50,108 bases of DNA from the NCBI GenBank assembly GCA_016840085.1, contig JAEOTA010000010.1, positions 1-50,108 of the forward strand. Reading direction: 5' to 3'. Every line of letters begins with the position of its first letter. Within the stretch, counting starts at the first letter, position 1. The notes beneath the pieces are model-generated. The model was not told the origin of the DNA. It made no database searches and worked only from the letters and a program-made list of their open reading frames with translations. The translations under genes were made by a program, and so were the position numbers. Source of the DNA: Promethearchaeota archaeon. GTDB taxonomy: Archaea; Asgardarchaeota; Lokiarchaeia; Sigyniarchaeales; SOKP01. Below are positions 9,285 to 17,435 of this stretch, piece after piece.

Positions 9285-11522
9285 TTAGTAGTCGAGAGGA
9301 TTGATTGGCATATACAGAAAATCTTTTAATATATTAAACGTATTAATTAAATAAGCTGGTTTATTCGTATCGTTTTTTCTCTTAATCTCACAATATTCTT
9401 CGGAAGATAAGGGATAAGGAAATATACATTTTAGGCAAGTTTCATTTTTAATACATTTATTGCACTTTCTTCTTTCTACCTTTTCTTTTTTTAAACGCTG
9501 TAGATTTCGTATAATATCCGAAAATGATATTCCAACCTTTCCTATTGGATCTGAATGCCAACAAATTCGAATAGAATCATCATCCCCTATAATAGCAGTT
9601 TCTAATTTTTGACAATTTGCATGATCCTTCGTCCATCTACATAGATTTTGAAATTGAGGTAGTAATCTACGTTCTAAAAGGTAATTGAAACTATCTTCAC
9701 TTTTTGAAATCTCATTTAGGAGATTATAGATTGCCCTTGTGTCAATTGTAGTATGATCTGAGCAAATAAGGTTTTCCATGCTAGTATTGCCTTCCTTATA
9801 ATCTTCCAAAGCTGAAGCTGCGTTTTGTAATTTAATATATAATCCAGTTTGTTCACCTAATAAATGCGTTCTCCCTGGTTTTAAGATATATGCTTTGTTT
9901 GAATTTTCCCAATAATATGATTCATAATACATAGTCGGTGAAAATTCATTATAAAGGGTTGCTTCATTTTCTTTATGGAATTTCATATATTTTAGTTTGT
10001 TTGAATATATATGAATAATTGTTCCATTTATCGCAAGATTTTCTTGTATCCATTTTACTAATGTTGGTTTTATAAAGTCAGAATTAATTATTATATTATC
10101 AAAAAAAAATTTCATATTTTCCCGTTTAAGATTGAATGATAAAATTTTGAGGATATTATAATCAATAACTTTGCTATTAGTTTCTGTTGCAGATTTTGGA
10201 GCAAATTTTACTTTGTATACATCAAACGGAAAGTTATTATTTAATAGTATTGTATTTTTTTGACCTATTGGTTCAATTTTATAACCATAGCTCTTATAAT
10301 TTCGATATAGCGGCGTACCTTTATAAATATGAAGATAATTATGTGCATAAAAATCAATATCTAATTTTTTTACCAATTCTATAGTTTTTTGCGCGTCCTC
10401 AATAGTTTCGCCTGGTAATCCAATCATAATACTTACAAATACTGGATACATTCCAATCTTTTTCGCATATGATGTCATATTTTTTAATTTTTCAATAAAT
10501 TCCATCTCCTTTACAAATTTTTCTGAAGGCATACTTTTTGGAGGGTTTACTTTGCCTATCGCTCTTAAAACTCTTGGGACAGCGCTTTCTAAAGAAAATC
10601 CTATTGAAGCAAAACCTGCTTCCCTCATTAGATCTAATAATTCTTCAGTAATTTTGTCACATCGCGTAATACAAGATAAAGGAACCTTAATATTATTTTC
10701 AATAATACGCTCACAAATTAGTTTCGCTCTTGATGGTATTATTGTGAAACCATCATCGTTAATAGGAACAGGGCTTTTGAACTTATTATATTCATTCAAA
10801 AATGATAATTCTTCTATTACTCTTTCTATTGAGTGAAGAAAAATATTTCTTTTGCTTATTATTGCACAATTACAATAAACACAGTTTTGATTACACCCTC
10901 TTGCAGTAATTATCCCTGTAGGAAAAGTTTCAGATACAGGAATGACTTTTGAAAGATAAGGAGATGGATAATTATCTAAATAATTTTTAATTAATCGGTT
11001 TGAAAGTAGAATATTACTATCTGGATTTGTGATAATCTTATCTTCATTTCTAAAAGTAATACCTTTTATATTATCTAGATTAGCTTGAATTAAATTAAAA
11101 CTATTTTCAGATAGCGTCGTTAATAATTTAAGCATTGTTTCTTCTCCCTCCCATCTAACACAAAGATCTATACTGCTGGTACTCTCCAAAATTTCTTTAG
11201 ATTGCACGCTAGGGGTAGGACCTCCAAAAACAATTATAATTTTTGAATTATATGCTTTTAATCCCTTGCTAATCAATACACATTGCATATAATTTTTTTC
11301 ATAAACTGTAAATCCAACTATTTTAGGATTATAATATGCTATTTTCTTAACACATTCTTTAACATTAAAAGACTCTTTTGAGATAAATTGCTCAGCACGA
11401 AAACCTTTTTTTCTTAAGTATGCGATTACATAGGCTGAACCCAAATTATGGTTATAACTAGATAAATTTAAAACCCCCCCAGATGGAAAAATCATCAATA
11501 TGTCTAAAAATTTCTTATTCAA
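9285..11522 (-). CDS. Cobalamin-binding radical SAM enzyme with C-terminal SPASM-like Cys cluster
   Basis: N-terminal B12-binding region (HNLGSAYVIAYL, VFGGPTPS, EGEET); TARGCNQNCVYC CxxxCxxC motif; GLPGET; C-terminal CNKCIKNETCLKC (Cx2Cx5Cx2C) plus further Cys. Confidence 0.85.
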   Translation of the reverse strand: MNKKFLDILMIFPSGGVLNLSSYNHNLGSAYVIAYLRKKGFRAEQFISKESFNVKECVKKIAYYNPKIVGFTVYEKNYMQCVLISKGLKAYNSKIIIVFGGPTPSVQSKEILESTSSIDLCVRWEGEETMLKLLTTLSENSFNLIQANLDNIKGITFRNEDKIITNPDSNILLSNRLIKNYLDNYPSPYLSKVIPVSETFPTGIITARGCNQNCVYCNCAIISKRNIFLHSIERVIEELSFLNEYNKFKSPVPINDDGFTIIPSRAKLICERIIENNIKVPLSCITRCDKITEELLDLMREAGFASIGFSLESAVPRVLRAIGKVNPPKSMPSEKFVKEMEFIEKLKNMTSYAKKIGMYPVFVSIMIGLPGETIEDAQKTIELVKKLDIDFYAHNYLHIYKGTPLYRNYKSYGYKIEPIGQKNTILLNNNFPFDVYKVKFAPKSATETNSKVIDYNILKILSFNLKRENMKFFFDNIIINSDFIKPTLVKWIQENLAINGTIIHIYSNKLKYMKFHKENEATLYNEFSPTMYYESYYWENSNKAYILKPGRTHLLGEQTGLYIKLQNAASALEDYKEGNTSMENLICSDHTTIDTRAIYNLLNEISKSEDSFNYLLERRLLPQFQNLCRWTKDHANCQKLETAIIGDDDSIRICWHSDPIGKVGISFSDIIRNLQRLKKEKVERRKCNKCIKNETCLKCIFPYPLSSEEYCEIKRKNDTNKPAYLINTFNILKDFLYMPINPLDY

Positions 11523-11663
11523 GTGTATTCACCTTACCATCAACACAAACAAAATTTTTCAAAAAAATATTTCCCTATATTTCTTCGAATTCTAAAAAAC
11601 ACCAGTCTAAAAAAAAAATATTAAAAAAAATAAAACCTCTAATTTATTGACCTAGTCAAATCC

Positions 11664-11891
11664 TTAACCAACTATAACAAATGACATCATGTTATTAATC
11701 ATGGTCTTTTTTTCCGTACTAGAAAGGCTGGGATCAAGAGAATCTTTTATGCGTTTCCTTATTTGACCATGGCTTTCATTATTAGCTAATCCTTGGTTTA
11801 CCGTATCAATTATATTCTGGCCAAGAACAGTACCAAATTTTTGAAGGATATTATCCTTTGTATTATTAGATATTTCAGACATTTTTCTCAT
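11664..11891 (-). CDS. Small protein, candidate precursor peptide for the adjacent radical SAM enzyme
   Basis: 72-75 aa ORF directly upstream of and co-directional with the rSAM gene; helical-looking body with hydrophobic tail MMSFVIVG. Confidence 0.6.
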   Translation of the reverse strand: MRKMSEISNNTKDNILQKFGTVLGQNIIDTVNQGLANNESHGQIRKRIKDSLDPSLSSTEKKTMINNMMSFVIVG

Positions 11892-12107
11892 CTCATAATT
11901 TTTCGAATTTCGCTTTATTTATTGTTTATCTAAATATCATGGATAATTGTTTTTCTACATTTATAAAATATTTTATTTTTTTAGCATTTTTTTTAATGAA
12001 AATTTTTTTCATTTTTCTAAATAATTTACTATCTTTTAGTGATTTTGATAAAAATTATTTTTTTAATGTCGAAATTCAGTAAATATCAAAGGTATTAATC
12101 TGTAACC

Positions 12108-12665
12108 TTATAACTCTGCAGATAATACCTTATTTTTTTGATATAGATCATTAATAATTGCATTAAAAGCTTCAATAACTCCCTGTCCTGTTTTTGCTGA
12201 AGTTATGTAATAACCGAGAAAATTTCGGTTTTTAATAACTTCTTGAATTTTAGAATGATCTATGTTATTTTCATCCGCTAAATCAATTTTATTAGCAAAT
12301 ACAATGGTAGGAATATTTCCACAATAATGATTTACATCTTGATGCCAATCTGATATATGGTTAAAACTTTCTTCTCCAAGTTTATTTTCTTCTAAGCTAT
12401 ATACAATTATAGCTGCCTTACTGCTTTTAAAAAAGGATGGACGTAAAAAGTGAAATGTATTTTGGCCAGCTATATCCCAAAATAATAATCTAATTTGATC
12501 TCCTTCAATTTCTTTGTCAAAAACAGAAAATTGTGCGCCAATAGTTTTAATATAATCCTTTATGAAAGAACCTTTTGTAAAGTTTTTAATTAAGGTTGTC
12601 TTACCTACTCTTCCATCACCGACAACAGCTATCTTAAAACTGAATTTGCGTCCTCTTTCATTCAT
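12108..12665 (-). CDS. Rab/Ras-like small GTPase (cassette 1)
   Basis: G1 GDGRVGKT, G2 TIG, G3 WDIAGQ, G4 NKID, G5 TSAK. No C-terminal Cys prenylation motif. Confidence 0.95.
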   Translation of the reverse strand: MNERGRKFSFKIAVVGDGRVGKTTLIKNFTKGSFIKDYIKTIGAQFSVFDKEIEGDQIRLLFWDIAGQNTFHFLRPSFFKSSKAAIIVYSLEENKLGEESFNHISDWHQDVNHYCGNIPTIVFANKIDLADENNIDHSKIQEVIKNRNFLGYYITSAKTGQGVIEAFNAIINDLYQKNKVLSAEL

Positions 12666-12867
12666 TTTTTTTTCGCAGAAATCGGGTAATAATTAATTCT
12701 TATTAAAAAGTTTTAACTAGAGTAAGATCAGTTATTAATTAATATAAAATTTTGGTTTAAAAATCACCTCAAAATGAAATTTCTTCGCTATTAAGCAAAT
12801 TTTTAGAATGTTCCATACATCATGTATGAAAATAAAAAAAATTCGGTTTATTTTGATCAATAATTTT

Positions 12868-12912
12868 TATAAAGAAAAAAAAGAAGGAGGGAGTCATTAA
12901 AGGACCCCCTCC
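12868..12912 (-). terminator. GC-rich hairpin plus U-tract ending the small-peptide operon
   Basis: Minus strand GGAGGGGGTC-CTTTAAT-GACTCCCTCC: 10-bp stem with one G-U pair (12886-12912), followed by TTCTTTTTTTTCTTT. Confidence 0.65.
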
Positions 12913-12989
12913 CCCTAGCCTTACTACTCCCTGATCTGATTACTCAACTTTTCAGATGAATAAAATCAGCTTGATGAGAATAAATTATT

Positions 12990-13271
12990 TTAGAGAAGCC
13001 CGTAATTCCTGTAATGTATATTTCTTTTAAGATTTTCAATATTAAACACTTCTTCTAAATATTTAGCGTTATATCTAGCTTTCTTTAATAATTTTGATAA
13101 AGCTCTTTTAATAGGTTTTTCCTCTGCCTTAACTTTCACTACTTCGAATTCCCCCTCAATTGGAGGGAGCTCTTCTAAAATAATTATTTCTTCAATTTTG
13201 AATGGTTCCTCAAGAGCTTTTTTCTTGACCATAACTTCAACCATTTTGTTAATCAACCCCTTTTTTTTCAA
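12990..13271 (-). CDS. Small hypothetical protein 'C' of cassette 1 (true start may be the ATG of MVEVMVKKKA)
   Basis: Charged Glu/Lys-rich ORF in tandem with the 13275 ORF. Its NAKYLEE segment resembles NPRYFEE of the A peptides. Confidence 0.6.
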   Translation of the reverse strand: MKKKGLINKMVEVMVKKKALEEPFKIEEIIILEELPPIEGEFEVVKVKAEEKPIKRALSKLLKKARYNAKYLEEVFNIENLKRNIHYRNYGLL

Positions 13272-13274
13272 ATT

Positions 13275-13478
13275 TTATTTTAAATCTTTTAGACCGAATC
13301 TAAACTTTTCAGGATTCAACAAATAATAATCATAAGATTGTTTCCATCTTTTTTCGACTCTCTTCTTTTCAATCAAATCTGTTCCGCTTTCGGTGACGAG
13401 GGGTGTTTTAATCAATATCTTAGGCCATTGCCTAATTTCTCTTATAAAATCTACATCCAAATATTCATTTAAATCCAA
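13275..13478 (-). CDS. Small peptide 'B1' of cassette 1
   Basis: C-terminus YYLLNPEKFRFGLKDLK aligns with DYLLHPKKYNFGWKDL of 17052..17144. RBS-like GAGGTGGTGA lies upstream near 13509-13518; the start could be an in-frame CTG near 13504. Confidence 0.72.
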   Translation of the reverse strand: MDLNEYLDVDFIREIRQWPKILIKTPLVTESGTDLIEKKRVEKRWKQSYDYYLLNPEKFRFGLKDLK

Positions 13479-13552
13479 TTTGATTACATCTTTACTTTCT
13501 GTCAGAAATCACCACCTCTTTATTTTTTATTTAAAAATTAATGTGATTCTTT

Positions 13553-13807
13553 TTAGTAATACCCAAAAAGGTTAAAGTTAGAACTATGAATGATATCCGA
13601 TGATTCTATTTTGAGTTTTGCATCTTTTAGTGTAATCTGGTTTTCAAAGTATCTTGGGTTTATATTCTTGTAAATTTCATATAGCTCATATTGTTTTTTT
13701 ACTTCAATGTCTTTTTCCTTGGTTTTGGAAACTTTTTTCAATAAAACTATAAATAATTCTTCAAGTTCTACAAGAGTATCCTTTTTTTTTATTAGAACTT
13801 GTCCCAT
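13553..13807 (-). CDS. Small peptide 'A1' of cassette 1
   Basis: AAGAGGG upstream of ATG. C-terminal NPRYFENQITLKDAKLKIESSDIIHSSNFNLFGYY aligns without gaps to the 14034 ORF. Confidence 0.78.
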   Translation of the reverse strand: MGQVLIKKKDTLVELEELFIVLLKKVSKTKEKDIEVKKQYELYEIYKNINPRYFENQITLKDAKLKIESSDIIHSSNFNLFGYY

Positions 13808-13847
13808 TTTTTTCCCTCTTTTATATTTATTCTTGAATATAGTAAGA

Positions 13848-13909
13848 TCAGGGTTCGATATATAGTTTTACATGCAGAACTTCGCTTGGACTTTTAGATT
13901 TGTTTTAGA
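13848..13909 (-). promoter_or_regulatory. Conserved promoter/operator, copy 1 (TATA plus AGTT-N10-AACT)
   Basis: 62-bp block aligns ungapped to 14287-14348 (46/62 identical by hand count). ATATATAG at 13858-13865; AGTT-ttacatgcag-AACT at 13864-13881. Confidence 0.7.
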
Positions 13910-14033
13910 GTCCAATTTTCTAATACTATTGAAAAATACTATCTTACTTGCAAATTTTATAATTTATTAAAGTTTCATGATTTACAACTTATTTTAGATT
14001 TTAGAAATAGAGTAAAAAAAAATTTTAAAATGT

Positions 14034-14261
14034 TTAAATACCATTAAAGAAGTTGAATTTAGAACTCAAAATAATATCTGAAGTAAAATTTCTTTCTTTT
14101 GCTCCATTAAGATGTTCAATTTCTTCAAAATATCTTGGATTCAAATCTCCAAGTACTTCATCCTCTTCATTTTCTATAGGAGTATGAACTTCATCTTCTT
14201 CAACTTCAGGGATTTTCATAACCGTTAAATTTTCATAAGCTTGGGTCATTTTTCTCATCAC
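14034..14261 (-). CDS. Small peptide 'A2' of cassette 1
   Basis: Acidic body with internal repeat EEDEV twice. C-terminal NPRYFEEIEHLNGAKERNFTSDIILSSKFNFFNGI is paralogous to A1. Divergent from the regulator. Confidence 0.78.
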   Translation of the reverse strand: MMRKMTQAYENLTVMKIPEVEEDEVHTPIENEEDEVLGDLNPRYFEEIEHLNGAKERNFTSDIILSSKFNFFNGI

Positions 14262-14286
14262 TTTTTTTTTGTTAAATTAAATTAGG

Positions 14287-14348
14287 TCAGGGTTTAATAT
14301 ATAGTTTAATATCCAAAACTCTAATTGGAGTCCCGAATTTGTTTTAGA
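14287..14348 (-). promoter_or_regulatory. Conserved promoter/operator, copy 2, in the divergent intergenic region
   Basis: ATATATAG at 14297-14304; AGTT-taatatccaa-AACT at 14303-14320. A TATAAATA at 14357-14364 could serve the + strand regulator. Confidence 0.7.
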
Positions 14349-14395
14349 TCGAAAAGTATAAATAAACCCTACAATATAATAATTATAGAGTTTTC

Positions 14396-16306
14396 GTGAC
14401 TCCATGCAATTTTCCCCCTAAGGAAATTTTAGATCCTATCATTGGAAGACCAAATTATGAATATATTATTCTTTGGATCTTGAATAATAATGAAGTATGC
14501 TCTTGGTCAGATTTAAAAGAAAAAGTGAATCGATCAACTTTATCAATATATTTGAATAGACTTAAACGCGATGGCTATATAGTAAAGAGTGAATTTAATA
14601 AGTATCGTGTTACACCTAAAGGAAGAAATAGATTTTACGATTTAAGTCAAGCTAAGCAAAAAGGAAGAAAATTAAGTTATCCTCCGCAGGTAATATTAAA
14701 CCAAAGAAACTATGATCATTGGGTTCTGTGGATGTTGTACAATAATAACTACTGTAAATGGGCAGATTTTCTCGAAGAACCTCTTAAAATAAATCAATCT
14801 TCATTATCGAAGAATTTAAATAATTTAATCGAGAATAAATTTGTAAGAAAGGAAGATAAAGAGTATAGAATTACCCAAACCGGGAAATTGGAATACTCTA
14901 AAATGTTAAGCCATTATGATTTAGATAGACAATCAATATTAGAAGAAGAAAGTAAACGGATTGCAGAGTTGACTCAAAAAACACTCAAGTTTTTTGAATA
15001 TTATGAAATTAGTGATAGAGGCATTCAATTTAGATTTCTTAATAGTGTATTGAGACTAGATTATGAACAAATTAAAAGTGTATTAAGAAATGAGGTGGAT
15101 TTTCATAAAATATTGCTTTTTCTCTCAATGAATCACCCAAATGAATTTCCGAATTATATTTCTCTTAAGGATTTTTCAGAAAAGTATGAAATTAAAAAAA
15201 CTACTCTTGAATACTATACTGATGAGATAGTCGAAAATCAAATTTATCCAATAAAATTTTTTAAATTGGAGGTTCCTCCTAATAAATATTACTATTTTCA
15301 ATCAGGTGAAAAAATAGAAATGATGCTACGAGTTATTGCAGAGGAGCACATAACAAAGTTTACCTACTTGAATAAACTTTTTGAAAATTCATCAAAATTA
15401 ATTCTACCTCTTGATATGAATTCTACAGTAAATGCTATTTTGGAAGAAGCATGCCAAAATATTTTCAAAGAGGATTTAAAAAGCTCATTAAGGAAATTTT
15501 TGCCTGAATATATTAATTATTTAGCCTATAAAATCGAGAAAAAGAGGAGATTAATAGGTATTGCCGATAAGCTAGAAGGAATTATTTGGCAGAATATTCC
15601 TGAAATGTTTAAATCAATAAATAAAGATGAATTAGAAGCTCAATATGATGAAAAAATTGAAGAAATCAATAAAGCGATTGAATTGAATCCAGACAAACTT
15701 GATTTATATTATTCAAAAATTAAGATTTTGATATATTTTAACCAATATGAGGAGGTAATTGAATTGATAGATAAAATGCTAAATCAATTTACTGATGAGG
15801 AAAGGGATCTTAAAATTAAAAGAGCATATATTCTTAAAGAAATGAGAAATATAGAAGCGGGATTGGAGATCATCAATGAATTAATTGATAAATATCCGAA
15901 AGATAATAATCTTCTTCTCAATAAAACATATTGGTTACAATATTTAGATAAAAAAGAAGAAGCCTTAGAATTAATTTTAAATTTGATAGAAAGTGAACCC
16001 GAAAATGGACTTTATTATGACACTTATGGTGAAATTCTAATGAATTTTGCTGAATATGACAACGCTATAAAACAGTTCCAGAAAGCAATAAAGATTAGCA
16101 GTAATACATGGTATAGTTACCAAACATATATTAAATTAGGAATTTGTTATAAAGAACTTGAAAATTATGAATTAGCTATTAAATATCTCCAGAAAGGGAA
16201 AGAATTTACAAATAAGGCTTTAATTGATATTAATACCAAAAAGGAATGGTTAGCAATTACAGAATTATTCCTAGCAGAAATAGAACAACTTCAAGCTGAG
16301 TTTTAA
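14396..16306 (+). CDS. Multi-winged-helix plus C-terminal TPR putative transcriptional regulator (cassette 1)
   Basis: Two tandem MarR/ArsR-like wHTH repeats (IILWILNNN...STLSIYLNRLKRDGYI...YRVTPKG; VLWMLYNNN...SSLSKNLNNLIENKFV...YRITQTG), a probable third wHTH (ISLKDFSEKYEIKKTTLEYY), then TPRs (YYDTYGEILMNFAEYDNAIKQFQKAI; YIKLGICYKELENYELAIKYLQKG). Confidence 0.8.
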   Translation: MTPCNFPPKEILDPIIGRPNYEYIILWILNNNEVCSWSDLKEKVNRSTLSIYLNRLKRDGYIVKSEFNKYRVTPKGRNRFYDLSQAKQKGRKLSYPPQVILNQRNYDHWVLWMLYNNNYCKWADFLEEPLKINQSSLSKNLNNLIENKFVRKEDKEYRITQTGKLEYSKMLSHYDLDRQSILEEESKRIAELTQKTLKFFEYYEISDRGIQFRFLNSVLRLDYEQIKSVLRNEVDFHKILLFLSMNHPNEFPNYISLKDFSEKYEIKKTTLEYYTDEIVENQIYPIKFFKLEVPPNKYYYFQSGEKIEMMLRVIAEEHITKFTYLNKLFENSSKLILPLDMNSTVNAILEEACQNIFKEDLKSSLRKFLPEYINYLAYKIEKKRRLIGIADKLEGIIWQNIPEMFKSINKDELEAQYDEKIEEINKAIELNPDKLDLYYSKIKILIYFNQYEEVIELIDKMLNQFTDEERDLKIKRAYILKEMRNIEAGLEIINELIDKYPKDNNLLLNKTYWLQYLDKKEEALELILNLIESEPENGLYYDTYGEILMNFAEYDNAIKQFQKAIKISSNTWYSYQTYIKLGICYKELENYELAIKYLQKGKEFTNKALIDINTKKEWLAITELFLAEIEQLQAEF

Positions 16307-16350
16307 GTAGTATTTTAAAAGCTTCGAAGATTTGATTCTTATCAAAAGAT

Positions 16351-16905
16351 TTATGATGCTGAAGCTAATTCTTTATACTTCTTATATAATTTATTGATAA
16401 TAGCGTTAAAAGCGTCATACACTCCTTGACCCGTTTTTGCAGATGTTAGATAATAACCAAGAAAATTTTGGTTATTTACTACTTTTTGAATCTTGATATC
16501 ATCTAAATTACTTTCATCAACTAAATCAACTTTATTAGCAAATAATATAATTGGAATATCTTCACAATGTTGCTGTACTTCATTATTCCAATGTTCTATA
16601 TTTTCAAAACTTCTTTTTCCAAACTCATTCTCTTCTAAACTATACACAATGATTGCAGCTCTACTCTCATTGTAAAAAGAGGGGCGTAGAAAATGAAATT
16701 CATCTTGACCTGCAATATCCCAAAAGATTAATCTAATGTGATCTCCCTCAATTTCCTTATCAAATTCAGAAAATTGCGCACCAATAGACCTCACATAATT
16801 TTTTTCAAAAGACCCTTTCGTAAATTTTTTAATCAAGGAGGTCTTTCCTACCCTTCCATCTCCTATAACCGTAATCTTAAAACCAAATTTCTGAGGACCC
16901 GCCAT
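16351..16905 (-). CDS. Rab/Ras-like small GTPase (cassette 2)
   Basis: GDGRVGKT, SIG, WDIAGQ, NKVD, TSAK. Close paralog of 12108..12665, sharing the YSLEEN..G..SF insert. Confidence 0.95.
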   Translation of the reverse strand: MAGPQKFGFKITVIGDGRVGKTSLIKKFTKGSFEKNYVRSIGAQFSEFDKEIEGDHIRLIFWDIAGQDEFHFLRPSFYNESRAAIIVYSLEENEFGKRSFENIEHWNNEVQQHCEDIPIILFANKVDLVDESNLDDIKIQKVVNNQNFLGYYLTSAKTGQGVYDAFNAIINKLYKKYKELASAS

Positions 16906-17051
16906 CGAAATATTTTATAGAAACTGATTATAAATTTTTGATTAATGTAAGATTAGATATTTTTTAATATAAAATTTTAGTTCTATAGTGAAAAATTATA
17001 ACAAAAGAACAAGAAAACAAAAATAAAATAGAAAAAAAAAAAGATAATTAA

Positions 17052-17144
17052 TTATAGGTCTTTCCATCCAAAGTTGTATTTTTTTGGATGTAAAAGATAA
17101 TCCACTAGGGTTGCATCCATTCCCTTAGCTTTCTTTTTTGACAT
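17052..17144 (-). CDS. 30-aa peptide 'B2' MSKKKAKGMDATLVDYLLHPKKYNFGWKDL
   Basis: Hand-translated, below the ORF-track cutoff. GGAGG RBS at 17154-17158. C-terminal half matches B1. Confidence 0.72.
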   Translation of the reverse strand: MSKKKAKGMDATLVDYLLHPKKYNFGWKDL

Positions 17145-17185
17145 TTTTAATTTCCTCCATAAAGTTTTTTAAAATAAAAAAAAAA

Positions 17186-17269
17186 TTATTTGGTGATGCC
17201 ATCAAAAATAGGATGGCAAATTATATCATTCCTAACCTTGATAATTCCTTCCTTAGCTTTTTTTCTCAT
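17186..17269 (-). CDS. 27-aa peptide 'A3' MRKKAKEGIIKVRNDIICHPIFDGITK
   Basis: Hand-translated. GAGGTC RBS at 17276-17281, downstream of the conserved TATA/palindrome. NDII...FDGI echoes SDII...FNGI of A2. Confidence 0.62.
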   Translation of the reverse strand: MRKKAKEGIIKVRNDIICHPIFDGITK

Positions 17270-17316
17270 TTTTTTGACCTCTTATTTTTACTTAATTTTA
17301 ATATGGGTTTGATTAC

Positions 17317-17353
17317 ATATATAGTTCAGGATGCTGAACTTTTCACGAAGTTC
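17317..17353 (-). promoter_or_regulatory. Conserved promoter/operator, copy 3
   Basis: ATATATAG at 17317-17324 overlaps the perfect inverted repeat AGTTCAG-gatg-CTGAACT (17323-17340). A second inverted repeat GAACTT-N6-AAGTTC spans 17336-17353. Confidence 0.7.
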
Positions 17354-17435
17354 GAAATAAAAAGAAAGCACACATAATTTAAATAGCATAAAAAACTATC
17401 TATAACTAACGATTATAAATTTTAATGTATAACTT

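Noticed and set aside
12915-12985. Possible SECIS element
   Set aside because: No convincing AUGA/GA core on the coding strand and no in-frame UGA selenoprotein candidate upstream.
12990-17269. Small peptides as Sec-exported pheromone precursors
   Set aside because: Basic N-termini are present but no hydrophobic core follows, so export cannot be supported from sequence.
17138-17377. 79-aa + strand ORF upstream of regulator 2
   Set aside because: Antisense shadow over the RBS-bearing minus-strand micro-ORFs and the promoter; TTG start and low-complexity composition.
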